32,000 nucleotides of DNA from Candidatus Helarchaeota ASGARD archaeon Hel_GB_B (GCA_005191425.1 SUPR01000033.1:1-32000), one strand, 5' to 3'; numbered from the stretch's first letter, positions 1-10,617 are shown. Notes: generated from the letters alone by a model not told the origin. Numbers and translations are program-made.

Positions 1-126
1 TAAAAAAAGCAGTCCCGAAAGCTTTTGATAAAGTGGACGGGATAGAGGCGTTTGGGGTCACGCCAGTATCTGTTCGTATTGAATAGATATAAAATTTATT
101 CTCCTATTATTAGCATAGGAAAATGA

Positions 127-309
127 ATAAACCCTGTCGCTTTAGAAATTATTTATACATTAATAGCACTAGTGCCAGGACTATCTTCGGGAGATTCAGT
201 AGCTCATGCAGCGCACCTTGGAGGTTTCATAGGAGGACTTCTATTTACCTATCTCTTTAAGATTTTCAATAAAAAACAATATATTAGAATTAAAAGTCTA
301 GAAGTCTAA
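127..309 (+). pseudogene. Rhomboid-family intramembrane protease C-terminal remnant with the upstream part disrupted
   Basis: Frame 1 reads ...GDSVAHAAHLGGFIGGLLFTYLF... and stops at TAA 307-309. AHLGGFxxG is the rhomboid catalytic-His helix signature. The same frame is closed upstream by TGA 124-126 and TAG 43-45. No upstream frame carries a clean GxSG serine motif; the closest is GHASICSY in frame 2 at 56-79. Confidence 0.35.
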
Positions 310-562
310 TGTTTTTTCAATTTTTTTATTCTTTTTATTAAATCTAAGTAAGCGCTTCTATTTAATGATAAATTCTATCAAAGATTTATTGTATTAGTTA
401 TAATTATTATCTTTATCCTCAAAACATTTTTTTTTTCACAATATTACTTAAAATCGTTTAATTTACTTCAATTTATATTTCTTATAATATCTAGATAATA
501 CTCTGATTTTAATTGACTTACTCATTATTTATACCAAAAAAAAGGTGAATTTGTTGTATAAA

Positions 563-754
563 ATGAGTGATTATGAGGCAGGATTAAATCGGGCAAAAAA
601 ATTTGCTATTAGGTCGATTAAAAGGAATGATTTGGATGCAATGGACAGGACATTTGAAGAAATAATTGAAATGTGTATTCAATTGAGAGATATTGAAAAA
701 GCATTAGAAATTAAAAAAGAACTATGTTCGTATTTAAAATCAATAAAAAATTAA
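563..754 (+). CDS. Small predicted all-helical hypothetical protein
   Basis: ATG 563 lies 14 nt after AGGTGA at 543-548. The GTG at 545 that opens the tracked ORF sits inside that SD-like site. No motif recognised. Confidence 0.4.
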   Translation: MSDYEAGLNRAKKFAIRSIKRNDLDAMDRTFEEIIEMCIQLRDIEKALEIKKELCSYLKSIKN

Positions 755-1299
755 ACACTTATATCTTTTTTAGAATAGTAATTCAATGCATAAATAAATC
801 CAATGAATAAAATTGAAAAATCAATTATCCAAACAATAAAATCTGGTAAATATATCGCTAATTGAATGCTATCTTCAAAAAATGGATATAATAAATTGAC
901 AAAATGATATGGAGAAAGTCCTAAATAAATACTTATATTGCTAATATTAATAATTGGGTGGATTATATCTAAACTCAAATGGATAAAAATTGAAAATATT
1001 AAAATAAATACTTCTTTAATTTTGCTTATAAATAAAGATACAACAAATATACCAATTGAGGCGCCAGTCCAAATTAAAAATGAATGGCTTAAAAAATAAT
1101 AATTGATATAAAATTGTCCTGCGGAAAATGCTTGTAATATGAAATTATAAATCCAAAGTGAAATCAATAATATATCCGGTAAATATAGACCTATTAAAAT
1201 AAGAAAATATTGGGTTTTTTTAAATTTGATTTTCATCAATAAGCTAATTCCAAATGGAGCAAATAACAACTTATGACCAACCTTTTTTATGTAATTCAA
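751..1299 (-). CDS. Polytopic membrane protein, possibly a DUF457/YdjM-like membrane-bound metal-dependent hydrolase
   Basis: 182 aa made of repeated hydrophobic segments. His/Asp-containing segments (VGHKLL, LPDILL, HSFLIW, HLSLDIIHP) resemble the YdjM family pattern. The only start option that keeps the N-terminal His is TTG. Confidence 0.5.
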   Translation of the reverse strand: MNYIKKVGHKLLFAPFGISLLMKIKFKKTQYFLILIGLYLPDILLISLWIYNFILQAFSAGQFYINYYFLSHSFLIWTGASIGIFVVSLFISKIKEVFILIFSIFIHLSLDIIHPIINISNISIYLGLSPYHFVNLLYPFFEDSIQLAIYLPDFIVWIIDFSILFIGFIYALNYYSKKDISV

Positions 1300-1551
1300 A
1301 TTCGAGAGAATTTATTTAAATGAAATTTCTTCCCTAATTTAAATATATTATTTTTTCTTTGTACCTATCTATAAGAATTTAAATGAACTTTAATTAAATA
1401 ATCAATTTATTTAGACCATATTTTATTGGAAAAGGTCTGTATAGACCATATTTACTTAGTAAGTATAAATACCAATAGTATCATAAACATTTTATATAAT
1501 GAAAAAAGATTAATTTTTGTATTAAAAAATTATTAATTTGAAGGACACAAA

Positions 1552-1761
1552 ATGGAAAATCTTTATGATTTAAAGGACATATTACAAAATCTAATGGAAG
1601 ATCTTGAGGAAGAGATTGCTGATTGTAAAATGTTATTAGCGAATGAATTATATGATAATATTGCAGATAAAATTGCGACGCTTACAGATTCTCTTGAAGC
1701 TGCAAAAGCTATTTCTGTGGCATTAAAAAATTATCAACATTTGTTTGGTGTAGGTGCCTAA
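1552..1761 (+). CDS. Small acidic helical hypothetical protein
   Basis: 69-aa ORF with ATG start and GAAGGA 8 nt upstream. No recognisable motif. Confidence 0.4.
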   Translation: MENLYDLKDILQNLMEDLEEEIADCKMLLANELYDNIADKIATLTDSLEAAKAISVALKNYQHLFGVGA

Positions 1762-1821
1762 TTAGATTTTAATAAATTCTTTTTTTCTTAAGTTATTTTA
1801 TGAGAAAATTAAATAAATAAT

Positions 1822-2907
1822 TTAATGATATGAATAAGACCCTAAAATCTTTAAAAATAGTGTTTTTTTCTTGATTTCATTGAGAGCATTTTGTACTATA
1901 GCGTCAGTTTCACTTCCGTTAAAATCTGTAAAGAAATAATATTCCCATGGATTTTTTCTACTTGGTCGAGATTCTAATTTTAAGAGGTTAATCTTTTTTT
2001 CTTCGAAGACTTTTAGTACATTAACTAGAGCGCCAGGTTCATGTTTTACTGAAAATATTATTGAAGTTTTTTTAGGGTTATCGGAATCAATAGATTTATT
2101 TCCGATGATTAAAAAGCGAGTATAATTATTAGGGTTGTCCTCAATTCCAGAATATAAGATTTGCATATTATACAAATCTGCAGCAGTTGATGTCCCAATT
2201 GCAACGCTATATGGGACTTCAGAAAGCATTTTAACAGCTGTTGCAGTGCTTTTAACTTCGAGTATTTTAGCTTGAGATAAATGGTCTTCAATAAATGATC
2301 TACATTGCCCAAGTGGTTGGGGATGAGATATTACATATTGGATCTCATTTAAATTATAGTTAAACTGACCAATTAAATTATGAGTTATCCGTTCAATTAT
2401 TTCACCACATACTTTCAATGGAGTTTCAATAAGAAGGTCTAATGATTGAGAAACAGGGCCTTCCATTGAATTTTCAACCGGAATTACGCCATATTCTGCG
2501 TTATTATTTTGTACTTGCCTAAATATACTAGAAATTGTTTTACATGGATAAAATTCATGGTCATTTCTTGTAAAAAATTTTTTAGTAGCATATTCCGAAA
2601 ATGTCCCTTCAGGCCCCAAATAAGCAATGATACTTTTAGGTTGTTGCAATGCCCTATTTGCGGAAATTATTTCTTTATATATACTTTTAACTGCTTCTTG
2701 TGATATATTTTCTAATTTCATTTTAGAGATTTTATTGTAAATATTTTTTTCTCTGGCTTGGTCAATTATCGGGATATTGTGTTCTTTCTTAACTATTGCA
2801 ATTTCTTTTACGATTTTTGCCCTTTGGTCCAATAATTTACAAATATCTTGGTCAATGATATCTATTTTTTTCCGTAATTCATCTAATTCTTTGCTCAAAA
2901 TAATCAC
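1822..2907 (-). CDS. pheA: Bifunctional chorismate mutase / prephenate dehydratase
   Basis: N-terminal CM helix (ELRKKIDIIDQDICKLLDQRAKIV). PDT core (IAYLGPEGTFSE, TRFLIIG). C-terminal ACT domain (TSIIFSVKHEPGALVNVLKVFEEKKINLLKLESRP). GTG start. Confidence 0.9.
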   Translation of the reverse strand: MIILSKELDELRKKIDIIDQDICKLLDQRAKIVKEIAIVKKEHNIPIIDQAREKNIYNKISKMKLENISQEAVKSIYKEIISANRALQQPKSIIAYLGPEGTFSEYATKKFFTRNDHEFYPCKTISSIFRQVQNNNAEYGVIPVENSMEGPVSQSLDLLIETPLKVCGEIIERITHNLIGQFNYNLNEIQYVISHPQPLGQCRSFIEDHLSQAKILEVKSTATAVKMLSEVPYSVAIGTSTAADLYNMQILYSGIEDNPNNYTRFLIIGNKSIDSDNPKKTSIIFSVKHEPGALVNVLKVFEEKKINLLKLESRPSRKNPWEYYFFTDFNGSETDAIVQNALNEIKKKTLFLKILGSYSYH

Positions 2908-3206
2908 TATTTAAAAATTCATAATTATTATTTATAAATATAATATGTTAAGGAAAATGCTTTAGGTTATGTAATAGGTATATTTTAAGGCTAAGATGAT
3001 AAAAATTTTTATTCATTAGAGGGATATTCATACAATTAATACGAAAAACTAATAGTTTTATTTTATTTTATTTTTAATACTGTCGGTCAGTAATGTTTTT
3101 TAAAAATTGATTTACTGGAGAATATATTTTTATAAACTAAAAATTTCAAAAAATATTTGCTAAATTCAACTTTAGTCAAAATTACTTTTTAGAGAATTTC
3201 ATTAAT

Positions 3207-3665
3207 TTATCTTATTGGTTTTTCCTTTTTCCCTATAATTAAAGCATTTAGAGATATTCCATTAACTTTAACTACTTTCCATCTTACACCAGGTAAATCT
3301 CCGATAGACCTGCCTTTTGACCCACCAATACCTTCTACTAATACTTCATCATGTTCATCTACATAATTAAGTGCACCATCACCCGGTAAGAAAGCAGTTA
3401 TTTGTTTTCCAGTAGCCACAAGTTGTATTCTTACACATTTTCTTATAGCACTATTTGGTTGCTTGGATTCAATTCCAACTTTTTCTATTACAATTCCTCG
3501 AGCTTGGGGGGCACCTCTTAATGGGTCAGTTTTAATGTCTAACCTTAAAGTCCTTCTTTTATAATTAATATCATGCCATCTGAATTTTTTTCTACGTTTT
3601 TTTAACTGGCGGCCTGCAAACTCGCCCCGTGGTGATTTTGATCTTCCGATTTTTGACACATCCAT
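3207..3665 (-). CDS. rps12: 30S ribosomal protein uS12 (S12P/S23e)
   Basis: [12 protein letters not shown]...YKRR...[31 protein letters not shown]...[15 protein letters not shown] is diagnostic for archaeal S12. Confidence 0.95.
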   Translation of the reverse strand: MDVSKIGRSKSPRGEFAGRQLKKRRKKFRWHDINYKRRTLRLDIKTDPLRGAPQARGIVIEKVGIESKQPNSAIRKCVRIQLVATGKQITAFLPGDGALNYVDEHDEVLVEGIGGSKGRSIGDLPGVRWKVVKVNGISLNALIIGKKEKPIR

Positions 3666-4200
3666 TAAATTTGTTTATATTATATTTAACTTCACATTTT
3701 AAATTGAAATTAATTAAGATAAGTTCATCATATAAAACCTTAAAAATTTTTCACTTTACAAAAAATAAAAGTTTTTGACCTATTAATTTATTGCTTGAAT
3801 CTATAGCGAGTTTTAAGTTTTTATGATAAAGCAAAATACAAGTAATTTTATTAATGAGAAAATTAGAAATGTATACTTAAATTATGGTTATTAATTCTTT
3901 ATATTTTAGAATGATATACTAAAAAAGATATGTATTGTCAATCTTTATCATAAATAAGTTTCATTAAATTTAAACAAGATTTTCTTATAAATTCTCACTA
4001 AATACATAAAGCATTTTAGTTTTTTTAATGCAGATATTTTATGAATAAATAAACCCAAAATTTTTAATCCAATTTTTAGATATTCACATTAACAAATTTT
4101 TAAAAGAAAAAAGTAAAAATAAAATGAGCCGGTTTACAACGGAACAAAATGGAATTTAGGACTCCAATTAAAAAATAAAGCAAAATTATGTGAAAAATCC

Positions 4201-5322
4201 ATGCATATAGAAAAATATATTGAGGATATATATACTTGTAATAGGTCCAGGTGTGGCTTTTGTAGAGAAGAATGCCCTACATTTGGAGAGTTTCGGTTTG
4301 AAGCATATAGTTGTAGAGGCAGAATACAAATTGCACGAGGGATAATTGAAAAAAAGGTTCAATTTAGTAAAAATTTACTAGAAGCAATAAATATATGTAC
4401 CACATGTGGGTATTGTGAATATAAATGTGCATTACATAATGTAGAAATTATTGAAGCGTTAAGAGCGGATCTTATTGAAAATGGCTTTAGAAATAGAGAC
4501 CATGAAAAAGCCAAAAATTTTATATTAAAGAGTGGGAATCCAATTAATCAACCCAGGTCCAGCAGGGCTAAATGGGCTGAAAATTTAGAATTTGATAATA
4601 ATTCATCCGAACTTTTTTTTGCAGGGTGTATTTATTCGTATATGTATCCGGAACGTCTAAAGAAGATGATTACAATTTTAAACAAGTTAGGGATTAAATT
4701 TAATTATTTAGGAGAAGAGGAGAATTGTTGTGGAGACTTATTATATACTACGGGTTATTGGAATGAATTTAATCAATTAAAAATTGAGAATGAGAAGCTA
4801 TTCAAGTCGAAAAATATTAAAAAAATAATAACGCCTTGTCCTGGATGTGCCAAAACTTTATTAAAAACATATTCAGAGCAGTCGAATAAAAAATCTGAAT
4901 TTGAAGTTGTCCATATAATCCAATATCTGGACCAATTAATACAAGAAGGAAAATTGCGATTTAAAAAGGAAACAAACCTGAAAGTGACATGGCACGACCC
5001 TTGTGACCTCTCAAGACATTTGAAAATAATTGAAGAACCGAGACGAATTTTAAATAGTATTCCAAGTCTTAAATTGATAGAAATGGAGCATAATAAATAT
5101 AATTCAAAATGTTGTGGCGCAGGTGGGGGTATGTTAAATGCTTATGCGGATATAAGCATGGACATAGCTGAAAAAAGGTTGAGAGAGGCGGAACAGACTG
5201 GTGCAGATTATATAGTTACAAGTTGTCCCACTTGTGAATCTACATTTGAAAAAATTATTCGATATGAAGATTCTGAGATGAAAATTTTAAATATTTTTGA
5301 GTTAATTGAGATGGTAATTTAA
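4201..5322 (+). CDS. Fe-S oxidoreductase with two ferredoxin-type cluster motifs and two CCG cysteine-rich domains (HdrD/GlpC/GlcF-like)
   Basis: CNRSRCGFCREECP and CTTCGYCEYKC cluster motifs, followed by two CCG motifs (EENCCGDLL, NSKCCGAGGG) and PCPGC / SCPTC. Confidence 0.75.
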   Translation: MHIEKYIEDIYTCNRSRCGFCREECPTFGEFRFEAYSCRGRIQIARGIIEKKVQFSKNLLEAINICTTCGYCEYKCALHNVEIIEALRADLIENGFRNRDHEKAKNFILKSGNPINQPRSSRAKWAENLEFDNNSSELFFAGCIYSYMYPERLKKMITILNKLGIKFNYLGEEENCCGDLLYTTGYWNEFNQLKIENEKLFKSKNIKKIITPCPGCAKTLLKTYSEQSNKKSEFEVVHIIQYLDQLIQEGKLRFKKETNLKVTWHDPCDLSRHLKIIEEPRRILNSIPSLKLIEMEHNKYNSKCCGAGGGMLNAYADISMDIAEKRLREAEQTGADYIVTSCPTCESTFEKIIRYEDSEMKILNIFELIEMVI

Positions 5323-5383
5323 TATTCTAATTTCTGATAAATTGGAAAAAAAATATAAATAAGAAATAGGAAATTTTAATTCG

Positions 5384-6376
5384 TTGAGAGTTAATATTTA
5401 TATAGATTCGGGTACTCATATCGAATTAAAGGACTATAGAATAGTTATTGATCCGACAAAAAAGTATGATGATGTTGATCTTGCAATAATATCGCATGCT
5501 CATAGTGATCATTATACTTCATCTATTTTTAAGACAGACTATCCTAAATTAATGAGTTTTGAAACTTTAGAAATTTTAAATTCAAGGATTAGAAAAGAAT
5601 CAAATAAAATAAAAAATTTCCAATTAATTAAAGAAAATGAAACGTTAAAATTTGGTAAAAATAAAGAGGTTAAAATTACAGCTTATAATTCAGGGCATTG
5701 TGTGGGAGGATTAGAATTTTTAATAGAAATTAACGATAGAAAAATAGTTTATACAGGTGACTTTTGTTTAGAAAGCCGTCTCGGGTTTAAAAGAGGTAAA
5801 TTAATTAGAGGGACCGATTTAATAATAGATTCCACCTATTTTGATGAACAATTTCAGTTTCCTCCTAGAAATCAAATATACTCAGATATTTTAAAATGGA
5901 TAAAATCACGTCTAATAGACCAAAATCAAGAGCAATTGATAATATTTGGGAGAAGATTGGGGACATGTCAAGAACTAACAAGGTTATTAAATTTTAGTAC
6001 ATTAAAAAAAGATTATAATTTGTCAATATATACACATCCTTTAGTATATTGGATAAACCAGGTCCATTCAGACTATTACGAGAATTTAGGCGATTATGAA
6101 TATTTGAAAAATCCTTTGAAAAATAAAACAGAATATGGTACAAAAGTAAATAAGGATGGCAAATCAGTTTATATTGCACCGTTCTTTCTTTCTACTAGAA
6201 AGAAAATTGAAAAGTTATTCCCAGATTATAATATCGCTAATTTTGGATTAGTAACAGGGTGGACTATAAGCAATAGATTCTATATTAAAGGTTTTCCTTT
6301 GACTTCCCATGCAGATTATAACCAAATAATGTATTATAAATCCAAAAGTGGAGCTAAGAATGTTTATTTCGTATAA
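5384..6376 (+). CDS. Metallo-beta-lactamase fold nuclease, beta-CASP-like
   Basis: HAHSDH (HxHxDH) motif, GHCVGG, YTGDF, IIDSTY and C-terminal LTSHADY (beta-CASP motif C-like). TTG is the only start that retains the HxHxDH motif. Confidence 0.7.
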   Translation: MRVNIYIDSGTHIELKDYRIVIDPTKKYDDVDLAIISHAHSDHYTSSIFKTDYPKLMSFETLEILNSRIRKESNKIKNFQLIKENETLKFGKNKEVKITAYNSGHCVGGLEFLIEINDRKIVYTGDFCLESRLGFKRGKLIRGTDLIIDSTYFDEQFQFPPRNQIYSDILKWIKSRLIDQNQEQLIIFGRRLGTCQELTRLLNFSTLKKDYNLSIYTHPLVYWINQVHSDYYENLGDYEYLKNPLKNKTEYGTKVNKDGKSVYIAPFFLSTRKKIEKLFPDYNIANFGLVTGWTISNRFYIKGFPLTSHADYNQIMYYKSKSGAKNVYFV

Positions 6377-6392
6377 ATATTAAAATCAAAAA

Positions 6393-7967
6393 TCAACTTT
6401 TAAATTTTGCTTTTTTTTCCGCTTGAAAATTATATAATTCCTTTATATCCTTAAGGGAACTTATTTCATTTACAGATTTGTCATTTCTAATATTTTTAAT
6501 TCTTGCAAACCTTAATGCATAACCGCATTTATATTTTGAACTCTTTTGAATTTCATTAAAAATTACTTCAACTACTATTTCAGGGCGGACAAATACAGTA
6601 TTTTTTATTTGTTTTATTTTTAAATTCAATAATTTATTAGTTAATTCATCAAATTCTTTATCAGTTAAGCCTTTAAAGGTTTTACCGACCATTTTAAATG
6701 ACTTTTGGTCTTTTACTGCTAGGTGATAATTACTGAGCCATTTATAACGACGCCCAGAACCCCAGTCAGCAGCAATAATAACAAGGTCTAGACTATATTC
6801 TTTTTTAAATTTTAACCACTCGTTATTTCTAGTACCTAAATAATATTTACTATTAATTTTTTTAGCAATTATTCCCTCATTGCCTGAACTTATTGATTTT
6901 TGGAAAAAATTATCGATACTATTAAGGTCTGTTTCTATTATTGAGGACGCCATTTCTAGTCCTCGTGAAATTTCGTTCAGTTTGTTTTTCCTCTCTATTA
7001 ATGGTAAATCAATTAATGGATTGCCATTAAGGTATAAAATATCAAAGAAAATGATCTTATATGCATAATTTTCGGAAGAAGATTTAAGATTTTTCTTAAT
7101 TATATCTTGGAATGAAAATGGTCGGTTTAACTTATCTACTTTAATTAATTCTCCGTCCAAAATTACAGTTTTCGCATCAATGAGATGTTGTAAGTTAGAG
7201 ATTAGATTTTTAAAACTATTAGTAATATCATTGAGTTTTCGAGTATATAGTTTGATTTTATTTCCATTTTTATGTAATTGTATTCTAATTCCATCATATT
7301 TGTATTCAAAAATCGTTTGATTAGTATGCTTTTGTAGGATTTCTTGAATACTCGTTGAGATTCTTGCAAGCATTGGTCTGACTGGTGTAAAAACTTGAAT
7401 TTGTATTTTTTTAATTGCATTTATTCCTTCATTTATTGCTTTAAACCCAATTTCTCCAATATTTCCAGAGATCATATATGAATTTCTAAGAAAGTCATAA
7501 TCAATTTTTGATGCCTTTGCAATTGCTTGTAAAATAATACCTTCTGAAGCCCCTAACCTCAAATTTCCAGTAATAATGTTAAACAAATATCTTTTTTCAA
7601 CTTCAGATAATTGCGAAAATAAGCTTAATAATAGTTTTTTCTTTTCTTTTACTGAATCTTTACCTGAAATTTCAGAAATTTGGTGTAATGAGCTGTAAAT
7701 ATCATTGATATAAATTTCTTTTTTAAAAAGGACTTTTTGGTCTTTAAATTGAGTTAATAAATTAACAATCGAATTATAACTTAAATTTAATGGCTTGTTT
7801 GTTTTGTCTATAGAGATTCTTCCATTTAATAGAAGTATAAAATTTTTAATCTCATTTTTATCAAGTTTTAAAAGAAAATTTTTAATCAATTCAACTTTTA
7901 TAGTTTGTTTTGCTTGTTGCTCTAAATCGATGCATAATTTTGTAAAGTCTAAAAATTTAGTAGGAAT
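6393..7967 (-). CDS. lig: ATP-dependent DNA ligase
   Basis: Adenylation motif I EYKYDGIR, plus DGELI, EGIIAK and NEWLKFKK. The tracked ORF starts at TTG 7889. The frame stays open for 26 more codons back to ATT 7965-7967 and encodes the expected N-terminal helix (PTKFLDFTKLCIDLEQQAKQTIKVE). Confidence 0.9.
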   Translation of the reverse strand: MPTKFLDFTKLCIDLEQQAKQTIKVELIKNFLLKLDKNEIKNFILLLNGRISIDKTNKPLNLSYNSIVNLLTQFKDQKVLFKKEIYINDIYSSLHQISEISGKDSVKEKKKLLLSLFSQLSEVEKRYLFNIITGNLRLGASEGIILQAIAKASKIDYDFLRNSYMISGNIGEIGFKAINEGINAIKKIQIQVFTPVRPMLARISTSIQEILQKHTNQTIFEYKYDGIRIQLHKNGNKIKLYTRKLNDITNSFKNLISNLQHLIDAKTVILDGELIKVDKLNRPFSFQDIIKKNLKSSSENYAYKIIFFDILYLNGNPLIDLPLIERKNKLNEISRGLEMASSIIETDLNSIDNFFQKSISSGNEGIIAKKINSKYYLGTRNNEWLKFKKEYSLDLVIIAADWGSGRRYKWLSNYHLAVKDQKSFKMVGKTFKGLTDKEFDELTNKLLNLKIKQIKNTVFVRPEIVVEVIFNEIQKSSKYKCGYALRFARIKNIRNDKSVNEISSLKDIKELYNFQAEKKAKFKS

Positions 7968-7974
7968 TTAGATT

Positions 7975-7979
7975 TCACC
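7975..7979 (-). promoter_or_regulatory. Shine-Dalgarno-like GGTGA upstream of the DNA ligase
   Basis: The minus strand reads TTGGTGAAATCTAA-ATT-CCT-ACT. GGTGA lies 7 nt before the ATT codon at 7967. The same GGTGA/AGGTGA element precedes other genes in this window at 543-548, 22402-22406 and 23368-23373. Confidence 0.5.
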
Positions 7980-8110
7980 AATTAAGAAATTTAATGATTA
8001 AAATATGATATGAACTATTCTAATTTTTTTAATTCGAATAATTACATAAGTTTATTATTTTTAGGATTAAACATCTCTTAAAAATTTATATTAATTAAAT
8101 ATTAATTTGA

Positions 8111-9082
8111 TTAAAATAACTTTAAACCCTTAGGTAAGTTCCCAAAATTCTTTTCAAATCTATCAAAGAAGTTTTCTTTATCAAATAAATGACCTTGTCC
8201 GCCTGCATTCTCCACAATATAAGATCCAACTACGGATCCAACTTTACAACAATCATAAAGATCAATGCTATCGACGATTCCGGATAATAGCCCAGACCGA
8301 TAGCCGTCTCCTGCTCCTGTTGGATCTACAATTTTATTTGGTTTGGCGACACCAATTTCAGATTTTTCACCATTGTCATATAGAATAGACCCTTTTTCGC
8401 CTAACGTAATAATTAATTTTGGAATTTGAGAAATTAATTTGCTTTTAGTATAATTTAAGCGCCTTCTTAATAACTCAAATTCATGTTCATTGACAATAAG
8501 AAAATCAATAGTTTTGACCAATTCATTTAATTTTTCTTGAGAGAATTGACCAATTTGCTGGCCTGGATCAAAAATTTCCGGGATTTTCAGACGTTTTAAT
8601 TGATAATGAAATGATTCCATAGCATTAATAGGATTAGGTGCATTTATAGATATTTTTATATTATCAAATTGAGATATCTTGCGGAATAAATTAATTTTAT
8701 AGGCGTTTTTTAAAGCTCCCGCATAAAAAATAATAATCTGATTCTTATTGGTATCAGCAGTAATATAACAACGAGCCGTAAAATCGTTTTCAGAAACATT
8801 GAACCTTAAATCAACTAATTTCGACTGCAGTATATTGGGATAGTTAGTCTGAAAAAAATCTTTACCAACGCTTGAAATACTGATCGAGTGCCTTTTCAAA
8901 AGACCGAGACTATAACAAATATTTCCAGCAGTCCCACCATATCTTATTTGATGCGAATCGACTACTAATGCCATTTGCATATTTGTTTTGTTGTCTGATA
9001 CAATTTGATTTAAAAAAAGGTCATTAAATTGCATGATATAATCAAAAGCAATAGACCCAAGAACGAGAATATTATTCCTCAA
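8111..9082 (-). CDS. PfkB-family carbohydrate/nucleoside kinase
   Basis: GGTAGNICYSLG (PfkB signature 1 region) and DPTGAGDGYRSG (signature 2). TTG start keeps the ILVLGSIAFD N-terminus. Confidence 0.8.
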   Translation of the reverse strand: MRNNILVLGSIAFDYIMQFNDLFLNQIVSDNKTNMQMALVVDSHQIRYGGTAGNICYSLGLLKRHSISISSVGKDFFQTNYPNILQSKLVDLRFNVSENDFTARCYITADTNKNQIIIFYAGALKNAYKINLFRKISQFDNIKISINAPNPINAMESFHYQLKRLKIPEIFDPGQQIGQFSQEKLNELVKTIDFLIVNEHEFELLRRRLNYTKSKLISQIPKLIITLGEKGSILYDNGEKSEIGVAKPNKIVDPTGAGDGYRSGLLSGIVDSIDLYDCCKVGSVVGSYIVENAGGQGHLFDKENFFDRFEKNFGNLPKGLKLF

Positions 9083-9142
9083 CTATGTCATATCCAAATT
9101 TTTTAAATTAAAAGGTCGAATCAGTTTTAAAATTAATATAAA

Positions 9143-9577
9143 TTATTTTATAATAACATCGGTAATATTGAAATGCCTTTTTGCAAGCATTCTAGCTTTA
9201 GCGATATTTCGACCATTTTTACCAATTGCAATTCCTCTATCTCTACTATCTACATAGATATTTGCAATTTGTTTATTGTCCCGAGAATTATTTATAATTA
9301 TATTCTTTACTCGAGCCGGCGCCAAAGTGTTTTTTAAAAATTCTTCAGCGTTCGGGGCATATTCAACTACATCAATAGTTTTCTTTAAAAATTCACGAGC
9401 TCTTCTAATATTGGCACCTTTTTTACCAATTGCAAGTGCAATATTTCCCGGATTTACTACAAAAACTATTCGGTCATCATCTTCATCGATTATACAATCT
9501 CTTACAGATGATCCTGTTATACTTTCAAAAATCGATATAAATCGAATCTCATTTCCACCAAGTTTAATGCTGGCCAA
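9143..9577 (-). CDS. nusA: Archaeal NusA-like transcription factor with two KH domains
   Basis: Two KH GxxG loops (AIGKKGANIRRA, AIGKNGRNIAKA), 144 aa, located next to L30e and rpoA. TTG start. Confidence 0.85.
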   Translation of the reverse strand: MASIKLGGNEIRFISIFESITGSSVRDCIIDEDDDRIVFVVNPGNIALAIGKKGANIRRAREFLKKTIDVVEYAPNAEEFLKNTLAPARVKNIIINNSRDNKQIANIYVDSRDRGIAIGKNGRNIAKARMLAKRHFNITDVIIK

Positions 9578-9874
9578 TGTATTTTTACTCCAATTCCTTA
9601 AATTTTTTTATAAATAAATTACCAATTTGTTTATTTTTTTTAAATAACTTAAATTTTGATATTTAAAATTCTTTATGATACACATTTCTATTTTTTATCT
9701 TTAATAGGATATATAAAAAATATTCCATATTACTTTTTTATTAGTATTCGTTTTATAAATTAACAATGATTCTGACAAATTCTTCATAAAGTTTTAGAGA
9801 TTGTTACGAATATTTTCATAATAAATTACGAAATTATATTTTTAAATTTACTCATTTTTTTTAGGACATGGAAA

Positions 9875-10204
9875 TTATTCATTTTTTTCCAATAATTTTG
9901 TTATATCTGAGTCACCTTCAGATATTATCCCTAAAACTGAAATCATATAAGGTTTACCGCATAAAAAACCTAAATCTAAGCTTGATCCTTTGAACTCATA
10001 AATATCTATTTTTGGTTCAAATTCGTTACAATATTTGTAGATATCAGATGCGATATGGTCAGGACAATTACTTGCCTTAATGACCATTCTGACATTACCT
10101 TGTTTTATTGCTTTCAATGAGCGCTTACTACCAATAATTACTTTACCAGTCTTTAAGGTGATTCTAAGTGCGTTTTCTAAGTTAATGCTAGAATTTTGAC
10201 TCAT
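9875..10204 (-). CDS. rpl30e: 50S ribosomal protein L30e
   Basis: ALRITLKTGKVIIGSKRSLKAIKQGNVRMVIKASNCP...LGFLCGKPYMISVLGI matches the L30e/L7Ae fold pattern. It occupies the classical position downstream of rpoA. ATG 10204 is preferred over the tracked GTG 10213. Confidence 0.85.
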   Translation of the reverse strand: MSQNSSINLENALRITLKTGKVIIGSKRSLKAIKQGNVRMVIKASNCPDHIASDIYKYCNEFEPKIDIYEFKGSSLDLGFLCGKPYMISVLGIISEGDSDITKLLEKNE

Positions 10205-10617
10205 AATATTCACATTTTGTTAATTTTAAATAAATGTCAATTAAATTACTTGATTTTTAAATTTTTAAATAGAATATTTTTGAATTTTATTACAAGATTA
10301 TCATTATTAAAGTTTTATTTCAATTTGATAAAATTGTAATCATTCTAAAAAATTTTTCTGAAATTATTTAGATTTTGAATTTTAGATAAATTTTAATGGT
10401 TAGTATAAATTATAAAGAACAATTTAGGTTATAATTATTTCTAATGTATGAATTAGCATAATTAAAATTTATCTATCAACCAGTTTTAAAGGATCATTAT
10501 GTTAAGTATTTTAAACGTTGATTTTAGGTCAAATATAAGTAGTATTGAAATATAAAAAGCAAAATCATTTTAAAAAATATAAGAAAAAAGTTATGAGAAA
10601 ATATTTGACCAAAAAAC

